A stretch of DNA of 20,000 nt from an uncultured virus (IMG/VR IMGVR_UViG_2846902752_000010) (Duplodnaviria; Heunggongvirae; Uroviricota; Caudoviricetes). Location: IMG/VR virus record IMGVR_UViG_2846902752_000010, one strand, 5' to 3'. Shown in pieces: positions 1-6,850 of the stretch; position 1 is the first letter of the stretch; the number at the start of each line of letters is the position of its first letter. A program made the translations under genes and the position numbers. The notes beneath the pieces were generated by a model. The model was not told the origin of the DNA, made no database searches, and was given only the letters and a program-made list of their open reading frames with translations.

Positions 1-57
1 GGCAATCGCCCCGGCGGCACAAGCGGCCATGACTTTTTTAAATAATCGGTTATTCAT
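1..57 (-). CDS. SAR endolysin, N-terminal 19 codons (runs off window edge)
   Basis: Minus-strand ATG at 57 gives MNNRLFKKVMAACAAGAIA: basic N-terminus then an Ala/Gly-rich weak hydrophobic segment like phage 21 R. Overlaps the holin stop. Confidence 0.8.
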   Translation of the reverse strand, partial: MNNRLFKKVMAACAAGAIA

Positions 58-241
58 GATGTTCTCCGGCTTTCAGTTGGAATTCTTTCCGTTTGTAATA
101 CCAGTTCACCAGGAACGTCCCGACAGTACAGATAATCCCGGCAACAATAGCCCACTGGTCCAGAGATAAAACGCCAAAGGCAGAGGTTATAAGTCCCCAG
201 GCGTATGCTGTAGGGCTGGAATATTTGTCAGGCATGCGCAT
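50..241 (-). CDS. Small holin (phage 21 S/HP1-like, probable pinholin) with Met-Arg-Met dual start
   Basis: Hydrophobic segments, 'DQWAIVAGIICTVGTFLVNWYYKRKE' signature and basic C-terminus. SD-like AGGGGG precedes ATG 241; second ATG at 235. Directly upstream of the endolysin. Confidence 0.9.
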   Translation of the reverse strand: MRMPDKYSSPTAYAWGLITSAFGVLSLDQWAIVAGIICTVGTFLVNWYYKRKEFQLKAGEHHE

Positions 242-449
242 ATCCACCCCCTGCGGAGTGTTCCGTATGTTGAGTGATAGGGAAATGCCGCAACCGGGTT
301 ATATGTTTTAAACAGGTTAAAATGAAGTGGCTGCGGCATTGTTCTGGTAATCCCACCAGCGGCGGGAAACAATAAAAAGAGCACTGTGGCCGAATACGGA
401 TTAGGTAATGAGCCTGTCGTATTCCAATGCTCTTATTGTTGCGGGCAAT

Positions 450-474
450 AAAAAAGGCCGCACATGGCGACCTT
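450..474 (-). terminator. Intrinsic terminator in the late leader
   Basis: Minus strand AAGGTCGC-CATGT-GCGGCCTT stem followed by a T run. Confidence 0.65.
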
Positions 475-664
475 AAATGTTTATTCCTAATCAACATATA
501 CTGTTTTTAATTCCAGAAATTACTATAATGCATTGATTTTTAATAACTTATATCTATCTTAGCATCCATCTGATTATAACGTTTTCTCTGTTACTTATCT
601 TTGTCTAATAAATATGCTTTAATCATTAAAATCGTTAACCACTTGTTTTGTGTACGCTAATGAT

Positions 665-1474
665 ATGACTATTGAAAACAGCGATCCTGGTAAGTTGAGT
701 TGGCACGTTTCCTGTGATGAATCAGGGATTGACGGACAAAAATTCTATGGATTCGGCAGTCTCTGGATGAAGTATCAGAGAAGAGGCGACTTCGTTCGTA
801 TTATTCGAGAACTTAGACAAAAACATAACTGCAGCGATGAAATTAAATGGCAAAAAGCACACTCAAAAAGAAATGCGGCCTTCTATGCTGATTTGGTTGA
901 TATCTTTTTCAAACACCCATGGCTTGCCTTTCATTGCATAATCATAGAGAAATCAATCGTGGAAAAAGGATTTCATGATGGAGACTATGATCTGGCCATG
1001 AGGAAGCATTTTAATCTGCTTATATATACAAAAATAGATAATGTTATCAAGGCGCATCCCGAGAGAGACTGTGTTTTCAGAATTGAGGTTGATCCCTTGC
1101 CATCACGCTATAAAAAAGCTGATGAGGCATTTCACGTAATATGCAACAACATGCTCGCTAAAAAGCACGGACGTAAAGATATAATTTCCAGTGTCGTCAC
1201 GAAAGATTCAAAAGCCTCGGAGCACATACAAATTGCAGATTTTCTTCTGGGGGCTGTAATGTGTGCATACCAAGGTAAGGCATCTTCTGAAGCAAAAATT
1301 GCTGTATCAAATAATGTAGCCAGTTATTTAGGATGGGATACTCTTTTGCATGACACATGGATGACAGAAAGAAAATTTAACATATGGGCTTTTTTCGATC
1401 CAACAAAAGGCCCGAGAAAAATTAAAACCCAGCCAGTGAAATTAAAATATCCTCTTCCGGACAGAAAGAAATGA
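665..1474 (+). CDS. DUF3800-family protein (RNase H-like fold), moron
   Basis: N-terminal 'SCDESG', central 'EIKWQK' and C-terminal 'IQIADFLLGAV' motifs typical of DUF3800. Antisense to the late operon. ATG 665 preferred over GTG 650. Confidence 0.85.
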   Translation: MTIENSDPGKLSWHVSCDESGIDGQKFYGFGSLWMKYQRRGDFVRIIRELRQKHNCSDEIKWQKAHSKRNAAFYADLVDIFFKHPWLAFHCIIIEKSIVEKGFHDGDYDLAMRKHFNLLIYTKIDNVIKAHPERDCVFRIEVDPLPSRYKKADEAFHVICNNMLAKKHGRKDIISSVVTKDSKASEHIQIADFLLGAVMCAYQGKASSEAKIAVSNNVASYLGWDTLLHDTWMTERKFNIWAFFDPTKGPRKIKTQPVKLKYPLPDRKK

Positions 1475-1571
1475 TATCGACCTCACAGCCGATATGGTTG
1501 GAGTCCCAGTCAACCGACGAAGTTACCAACTAGGCGGTATCGCATTTGGGGGCCGCCTCCGCATTCCCAAA
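1474..1571 (+). ncRNA. Candidate DUF3800-associated structured RNA (two hairpins plus H-type pseudoknot)
   Basis: P1 ATATCG 1474-1479/CGATAT 1490-1495; P2 GGTTGG 1496-1501/TCAACC 1510-1515; S1 AGGCGGT 1532-1538/GCCGCCT 1552-1558; loop TTTGGGG 1545-1551 pairs with TCCCAAA 1565-1571. G-U pairs work on the + strand only. Confidence 0.6.
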
Positions 1572-1782
1572 ATCATGAATTCATTTTTTCCCAGGATACT
1601 GAATCCGTGTCTTCATTTCAACAATAAAAGTTAACCCTTTGAACGCTAATGTCTTGAGTGCAGATACATAAGGACCGAAAGCCGCACATGGTGACCCCTG
1701 AAATTTATGAAATATTTTTTATTTCACCCTTTTACTCTGATAGCATCAGGCTCTGATACTTTGCAATATAGGGTTAACTGAC

Positions 1783-1989
1783 ATGTATAAGGCTGGAACA
1801 TTATTAATTATCGTACCTTTTCTTTTAGCTGCAGGATGCTCACCAAAAATCAAACACCAAACCGGTCAGGATGCATGCGTAATAAAAATGGATACTCCGG
1901 AAGGGAACCAGCCAGGAAAAATAGACCAGGTAGATGGAAACAGCCCTGAATGCAGAGCTATAGAAAAATCAATAAACAAAGCCATTTAA
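1783..1989 (+). CDS. Small lipoprotein
   Basis: Signal peptide with lipobox LAAG-C and two further Cys residues; 68 aa. Confidence 0.75.
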   Translation: MYKAGTLLIIVPFLLAAGCSPKIKHQTGQDACVIKMDTPEGNQPGKIDQVDGNSPECRAIEKSINKAI

Positions 1990-2068
1990 CTTATTTATCA
2001 TAGACATAAAAACCACTGATTATTTAACCTGACTACGCGTCCACACCAAACCTCTACAGCATAATAAT

Positions 2069-2137
2069 CAGTTGTTCGGAATAACCGAACATGTGAACTA
2101 TCCGGAAATTCCGGAGAGTTGAGCCTGTAAGGTTATC
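2069..2137 (+). repeat. Palindromic dispersed repeat, copy 1
   Basis: CAGTTGTTCGGAATAACCGAACATGTG-AACTATCCGGAAATTCCGGAGAGTT-GAGCCTGTAAGGTTATC; similar to 2875-2952 and 4398-4457. Confidence 0.75.
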
Positions 2138-2345
2138 ACTGAGTCTCTTCATCATGCTGGTTTATGCATAACGGACATAAAACCACTGCCCCTCTTGCCA
2201 CAACGATAGCCTGCTGAACTGCAGCGTGCTCTCCCCAGTAGTATCCAACATACACTGTACTTTTTGCCTGTTGTAATTTCGGACATGCCTTTTTATGCAG
2301 AACAGAACAAGTATCGCTGCCCGGTAACGTCAAAAAATAATCCAT
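2136..2345 (-). CDS. Small putative metal-binding protein (HxxxC...CxxC)
   Basis: 69 aa with 'VLHKKACP...YVGYY...AAVQQA...LCPLC'; G-rich SD before the ATG. Confidence 0.65.
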   Translation of the reverse strand: MDYFLTLPGSDTCSVLHKKACPKLQQAKSTVYVGYYWGEHAAVQQAIVVARGAVVLCPLCINQHDEETQ

Positions 2346-2403
2346 ATACCCCGCCTGTTATTCTTTTATTCACAGAAATATGGATAACACCCTGACAAGA
2401 ATT

Positions 2404-2560
2404 TTAAAAATTAAAAAAACTGTTGATTTCGACCTTAGCCTGCTCAAACCACCCCACTTCCATCCCGACACCCAATATCCAGCGGTTATGCTTCAGTACG
2501 GCTTTCAGTTTTGTTCCGGACCCCGCCGATCACATCACCTTCTTCCTTACCACCGGATTT
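2404..2560 (-). pseudogene. C-terminal relic of a phage N6/N4 DNA methyltransferase
   Basis: Minus strand reads KSGGKEEGDVI, then after a frameshift GSGTKLKAVLKHNRWILGVGMEVGWFEQAKVEIN. This matches the lambdoid methylase tail pattern 'GDxVADFFMGSGSTxKAALxLxRxxLGVELExxRFEQTxxEI' with the DFF part of motif I lost. Confidence 0.7.
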
Positions 2561-2775
2561 GCACTATATTTAATACAGACAGAGCAAATTTAAGATTGCC
2601 AGCATGAAAACCTATACCGGTAAACGAGTCCCTTCATATCATTCTGAATGATAATCAAAACAAGACATCTCACCATGGTTAATTTTTTTTAATTATATTA
2701 CGTGTAAATACATACTATTACGCTATAATAAAAAGGTAATGAAATTTCCATAAAATAATGTCGCTTATTCCTTAT

Positions 2776-2803
2776 GCCGGTTATTCCCAAACCGGCTTTT
2801 TTT
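2776..2803 (+). terminator. Intrinsic terminator with no evident upstream CDS
   Basis: GCCGGTT-ATTCCCA-AACCGGC followed by T7. Confidence 0.75.
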
Positions 2804-2874
2804 GCATCTGAAATAAGAAACTGATTCAGTTCAACCGAACTAACCTGCGCTACCAGAGTCTCACAGCAAGTATC

Positions 2875-2952
2875 CAGTTATTCGGAATAACCAAACATAC
2901 GGCCCTCGGAAACTTCGGAAAACCTAACATGAAAGCCATTCTTACAAGTTGG
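2875..2952 (+). repeat. Palindromic dispersed repeat, copy 2 (degenerate)
   Basis: CAGTTATTCGGAATAACCAAACAT...CGGAAACTTCGGA...AACATGAAAGCCATTCTTACAAGTT; weak similarity to copy 1 extends ~60 nt upstream. Confidence 0.65.
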
Positions 2953-2958
2953 AAAAAT

Positions 2959-2984
2959 AAAAAAGCCTCACCGAAGTGAGGCTT
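2959..2984 (-). terminator. Intrinsic terminator
   Basis: AAGCCTCAC-TTCG-GTGAGGCTT followed by a T run on the minus strand. Confidence 0.75.
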
Positions 2985-3071
2985 ACACCGTAGTTATACC
3001 TTTAATCCACAAAATACTATTAACAACGGTGCATTATATATTATGTTAGGACTGTAATTTTCAGGCCTTGT

Positions 3072-3096
3072 AAAACCCGCCAATATTGGCGGGTTT
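3072..3096 (-). terminator. Terminator of the Hsp20 gene (possibly bidirectional)
   Basis: AAACCCGCCAATATTGGCGGGTTT palindrome ~20 nt past the stop codon. Confidence 0.75.
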
Positions 3097-3114
3097 GGAA
3101 CAAAAAATCAGAAA

Positions 3115-3573
3115 CTAAGCCTTTATATCTTTATTTTCAATAGCTATCAACTGTGGTTTTTCTTCTTCCGGAATTTCATACTCTATATCCAATGTCAGCA
3201 ATCCGCAGGATAATTCTGCATTCCGAATTTTGACATTCTTACCAAGGTTAAATTCTAATGAAAACTGGCTTTTTAATATCCCTTGGTGTACCCATTTCTC
3301 TGATTCATTAACTACTTCTGCAGGTTGTTTACCCTGAATACTAAGTTTGCCACCTTTCAATGATACCTCAAGATCATCTTCCCTGTATCCGGGAACACTA
3401 ACCGTCAGTTGATAGTGCGCATCATTTAATTGCTTCAGGTTATATGGATGTTCTGAGGTTATTGGCCTGTTGCCCGTAAGTTGACTGAATAAACGGTCCA
3501 TCTGGTCAAAGCGATTTGACAGCAAACTATCAGATAATGCCGGAAATAATGAAAAAGAACTAATATTCTGCAT
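3115..3573 (-). CDS. Small heat-shock protein, Hsp20/IbpA-like
   Basis: Alpha-crystallin motifs 'PYNL...YQLTVSVPGY...L.V' and 'AELSCGLLTLDI..EIPEEEKPQLIAI'; SD AAGGAGG. Confidence 0.95.
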   Translation of the reverse strand: MQNISSFSLFPALSDSLLSNRFDQMDRLFSQLTGNRPITSEHPYNLKQLNDAHYQLTVSVPGYREDDLEVSLKGGKLSIQGKQPAEVVNESEKWVHQGILKSQFSLEFNLGKNVKIRNAELSCGLLTLDIEYEIPEEEKPQLIAIENKDIKA

Positions 3574-3647
3574 AATTCCTCCTTCAGTATTTCAATTTAT
3601 TCTTTTTAAATACACATCATGGTATAACTTACCCTGATGCGTTATTT

Positions 3648-3674
3648 ATATAGGGATGAGATCTTGACTTTCAA
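3648..3674 (-). promoter_or_regulatory. Sigma32 (RpoH) promoter for Hsp20
   Basis: Minus strand TTGAAA-13 nt-CCCTATAT versus consensus TTGAAA-N13/14-CCCCATWT. Confidence 0.8.
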
Positions 3675-3879
3675 TGACTCATTTACATTTCTTTACAAAA
3701 ATCACTTCGTGACCAGCAACCAACCTCAGATTTTACAGCATAAAAATAGTTAAAAAGGCATTTGAATTTATAGGGTAATAGACAATCTACTAAAGCTGCC
3801 CCCTGTTACTCAATAATTTACCTCCGATAATCAATAATGTCCTATACTTTATAGTGAAAAGCAAACCGGAGAGAAAAGT

Positions 3880-4320
3880 ATGTATAAGAATATTCTGGTA
3901 CCGATTGACACTTCTAATAAAGCACTGGTTAACCATGTCATCCCTCACATCGAATCTCTTTCAAAGTTTGATGACCCGCACATACATTTTTTAGTCGTTA
4001 TACCAAGCTACAAAATGTTTATCGGCCTTTCATACGGCATAGAAAAAGAAATCATTACAGAAGATAATCAACGATTGAAGTTAGCAGAAGCTGACCTTAA
4101 AAATGAAGTTTCAAAATTTAATCTTCCGGAAGATCGGGTTCATTATCATGCAATTCTTGACACTCCGATAGATGGGATTTTGACTACCGCAGAAAAAATA
4201 CACGTTGATTTAATAATCATCAGCTCAAGATCACCAAATATTTCAACCAAATATCTACTTGGGTCTACTGCATCAGCTGTAGTCCGCTATGCAGAAACAT
4301 CCGTCCTGGTTGTCCGCTAA
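3880..4320 (+). CDS. Universal stress protein (UspF/UspG-like)
   Basis: 'MYKNILVPID', 'DLIIISSR', 'YLLGSTASAVVRYAETSVLVVR'. Confidence 0.95.
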   Translation: MYKNILVPIDTSNKALVNHVIPHIESLSKFDDPHIHFLVVIPSYKMFIGLSYGIEKEIITEDNQRLKLAEADLKNEVSKFNLPEDRVHYHAILDTPIDGILTTAEKIHVDLIIISSRSPNISTKYLLGSTASAVVRYAETSVLVVR

Positions 4321-4328
4321 TACATATC

Positions 4329-4349
4329 GCCCGCCATAGCGGGCTTTTT
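4329..4349 (+). terminator. Terminator of the usp gene
   Basis: GCCCGC-CATA-GCGGGC followed by T5. Confidence 0.8.
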
Positions 4350-4397
4350 CATATACAATTATGACACTCAATACTGTCCATATCATACCGAAGTATT

Positions 4398-4457
4398 TAG
4401 CTGTTCAGAATGACCGAACATGTAAACAGCTCAGAAGAGTTAAACCTGTAAGTTATC
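4398..4457 (+). repeat. Palindromic dispersed repeat, copy 3 (internal deletion)
   Basis: TAGCTGTTCAGAATGACCGAACATGTAAAC...GAGTTAAACCTGTAAGTTATC aligns with copy 1. Confidence 0.7.
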
Positions 4458-4648
4458 GATACACACCAGACTAAGATGTAAAAACACATATTATTCAATT
4501 AAATACATAATTTTTATTAGCCGTCATTAGTAGATAGGCGACGAAAATAACCTTTAATATAATTTTTAACAATCAAACCGCATATTTACACATTTAGCCT
4601 GAATGTAAAAATTGCCTGAACTTACAAAAATTATTTGATTGAAAATAA

Positions 4649-5353
4649 TTAGTGCTGGTTTTTTTTATTCAGCTTCGCAAGGCTGTCACATGCCGACTGA
4701 AACCCACCAAAACATGCTTCATCATACAATGACTCGGCCTTTGGTTGGCTTTTTTCAACGCCTTCACCAGAGAGATGCATCTCTGCCAACTTTGCCAGTG
4801 CAAATGCATATTTTTGATCGGCCGCTTTCTTATACCACTCCGCTGCAACGCGGTAATTCTGTTCTATTCCCTTCCCGTAATAATACATTTTCGCAAGCTG
4901 GTATTGAGAAAATGCATTTCCCTGTTCAGCTGCTTTCTTATACCACTCTGCCGCTTTTAAAAAGTCCGGATTAACTCCATCACCGTCTTCATAGATAGCA
5001 CCAAGACGAAACTGAGCACCAGCATTTCCCTGCTCACCTGATTTATGAAACCACTCAATAGCCTGCCGGTAATCCTGTTGCACTCCCTCCCCCTGAAAAT
5101 ACATCTCCCCCAGAGAATATTGTGCGTACTCATTACCCTGTACCGCAGCTTTTGTATACCAGTCAGCCGCCGTTTTATAATCTATGGGAGCACCATTACC
5201 GTAGTAGTAATAAGATCCGATTGTAACCTGGGCACCAGCGTCACCACCATTTGCCGCCTCGCATAATGCCGAATCCTGAGTATCGAGCTCACAATTCGCT
5301 GAGTATGCAGTATCCGTGTGAATCAAAAAAAGGCACAACAATATTTTTTTCAT
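4649..5353 (-). CDS. Secreted Sel1-like repeat protein
   Basis: About five 36-aa SLR repeats 'A..WY.KAA.QG...AQ..LG..Y..G.GV'; signal peptide MKKILLCLFL. Start 5353 preferred over 5410. Confidence 0.92.
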   Translation of the reverse strand: MKKILLCLFLIHTDTAYSANCELDTQDSALCEAANGGDAGAQVTIGSYYYYGNGAPIDYKTAADWYTKAAVQGNEYAQYSLGEMYFQGEGVQQDYRQAIEWFHKSGEQGNAGAQFRLGAIYEDGDGVNPDFLKAAEWYKKAAEQGNAFSQYQLAKMYYYGKGIEQNYRVAAEWYKKAADQKYAFALAKLAEMHLSGEGVEKSQPKAESLYDEACFGGFQSACDSLAKLNKKNQH

Positions 5354-5481
5354 AATAGTTCCCGTTTTGCAGTTAACGGAAATCATATCAAAAACAAAAA
5401 TTGCAGACATAAATAACTGCGATTGTGAGGTTTCAGCTCATAAGTAATGGGTATAGGGCACCCAATGACAATCTTTGTAAC

Positions 5482-6411
5482 TTATTTGTACAGAGAATTT
5501 TCTCCCGGAGGTCTGGTCTTAAACCTTCTGTGTGCCCACAAGTATTGGTCCGGAGCATGCATGATTTCTGCCTCAATAATCTGATTTAGTTTCTCAGCAT
5601 CTGCCAGGTCATCTCCACACGGAAAATCAGCAATTTCTTTACCAATTATTAATTCATAAGGCCTCTTACCACTTTCATTATTTCTTATCATCGTTGCAGT
5701 AAGTATCGGCGATTTCGATAATTTGGCTATAGCTGCCACTCCTTTTGATGTAGAAGCATTAGCTACCAAAAAAAAAGGGGCGAAGATAGTACCTTTAGTT
5801 CCAAAGTCCTGATCCGGAGCAAACCAAATAGCCTGCCCGCGTTTTAGTTCCGATACCATAAACTTCAGATTCTTACGGTCGATCATCCCGCTTCCGGAAC
5901 GGCTTCGGCATCTTGTTTGTATATACTCCATTGCTTTATTGTTGTGGGGACGATACATAGCATTTACAGGAAAACACAGCCCCATAACTCGGCCCCCAAG
6001 TTCCAGTGACATGGAATGAATACCAATAATTAAAACACCATTATTTTTGTCATATACATCATTGAAATTATCACAACCCTTTACTCTAAATATTTCATTA
6101 ATTCTTTTGTCATTCCAGAACCAGGCAATACCGGTTTCAAATAATGCAATCCCTAAAGATGACAGATTACTTGCGACCATACTCTCTATCTGGATTTTAT
6201 TTCTGTCAGGAAAACATAATTCTAAATTTTTTTTAATTATGGATACCCGCCTTTTCAGGAACAAACCAGAAAAACGACCTAACTTATCGCCTAAAAACAC
6301 AAGCCATGGATAAGGCATCTGAACCAAACAGAAAAGTAATAGGATACCAATCCAGGTTAATATGTACCTTGGGTGAAGAAGCCTGATAGAAAATTTATTC
6401 AGAGAGTACAT
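5482..6411 (-). CDS. lpxP: Lipid A late acyltransferase, LpxP-like (LpxL/LpxP family)
   Basis: 'LLHPRY', catalytic 'HSMSLELGGRVMGLC', 'YRPHNN', 'WFAPDQDFG' and 'PDQYLWAHRRFKTRP'; these segments resemble E. coli LpxP more than LpxL. Confidence 0.88.
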   Translation of the reverse strand: MYSLNKFSIRLLHPRYILTWIGILLLFCLVQMPYPWLVFLGDKLGRFSGLFLKRRVSIIKKNLELCFPDRNKIQIESMVASNLSSLGIALFETGIAWFWNDKRINEIFRVKGCDNFNDVYDKNNGVLIIGIHSMSLELGGRVMGLCFPVNAMYRPHNNKAMEYIQTRCRSRSGSGMIDRKNLKFMVSELKRGQAIWFAPDQDFGTKGTIFAPFFLVANASTSKGVAAIAKLSKSPILTATMIRNNESGKRPYELIIGKEIADFPCGDDLADAEKLNQIIEAEIMHAPDQYLWAHRRFKTRPPGENSLYK

Positions 6412-6443
6412 TTTTTCCTGATAAGTAATAATTACTGCATAAT

Positions 6444-6472
6444 AAAAAGGCCTGATAATATTATCAGGCCTT
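6444..6472 (-). terminator. Terminator-like perfect palindrome between ymcF-like gene and lpxP
   Basis: AAGGCCTGATAATATTATCAGGCCTT (26-bp perfect palindrome, 6447-6472) followed by T residues on the minus strand. Confidence 0.7.
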
Positions 6473-6487
6473 GGGATTTAGTTTTTT

Positions 6488-6628
6488 CTATTGCCTGGAC
6501 AACAGCATCACCGTTTTACAAAAAATGCATTTTGCTCCATGCGGATTTGATGCGGAAACATCAAAGTGCGAAGTCCGGTATTGTGTTCCACTGCAACAGG
6601 GGCACTGAAAAAACAGTGCTATTATCAT
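6488..6628 (-). CDS. YmcF/YnfQ-like cold-shock small protein (46 aa, absent from the ORF track)
   Basis: MIIALFFQCPCCSGTQYRTSHFDVSASNPHGAKCIFCKTVMLLSRQ matches the YmcF pattern CPCC.G.QYRTS.FDV...NP.GAKCIFCK and lies directly after csp, as in E. coli cspG-ymcF. Confidence 0.85.
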   Translation of the reverse strand: MIIALFFQCPCCSGTQYRTSHFDVSASNPHGAKCIFCKTVMLLSRQ

Positions 6629-6637
6629 TGGTGCGCC

Positions 6638-6850
6638 TTAGAGACCCACCACATTTGATGCAGACGGACCTTTTGCCCCGTCTTCAATATTGAAAGTAAC
6701 ATTCTGACCTTCAAATAATGTCTTGAAGCTGTCGCTCTGGATCGCAGAGAAGTGAACAAACACATCTTTGCTGCCGTCAGCCGGAGTGATGAAGCCAAAA
6801 CCTTTAGATTCGTTAAACCATTTTACTGAACCAGTCATTGTATTAGACAT
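6638..6850 (-). CDS. Cold-shock protein, CspA family
   Basis: 70 aa; RNP1 'KGFGFI' and RNP2 'VFVHF'; SD AAAGGAAA before ATG 6850. Confidence 0.97.
   Translation of the reverse strand: MSNTMTGSVKWFNESKGFGFITPADGSKDVFVHFSAIQSDSFKTLFEGQNVTFNIEDGAKGPSASNVVGL

Noticed and set aside
187..497. Minus-strand ORFs 187-384 and 228-497
   Set aside because: They have no SD or motif and run through hairpins and a terminator; treated as non-coding leader.
1474..1571. Structured RNA as a known self-cleaving ribozyme or retron msr-msd
   Set aside because: No hammerhead core (CUGANGA/GAAA), an HDV-type fold could not be fitted by eye, and no reverse transcriptase is present in the window.
2380..2607. 75-aa + strand ORF
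   Set aside because: It is the antisense shadow of the methyltransferase relic and has no recognisable motif.
3574..3640. ROSE-type RNA thermometer in the Hsp20 leader
   Set aside because: One upstream hairpin exists, but there is no U(U/C)GCU or other anti-SD pairing over AAGGAGG.
2069..4457. Palindromic repeats as a CRISPR array
   Set aside because: Only three degenerate copies, 0.8-1.5 kb apart, with no regular spacers and no cas genes.
4760..5250. 108-bp periodic nucleotide repeats
   Set aside because: Fully explained by the 36-aa Sel1 protein repeats; the + strand ORFs here are shadows.
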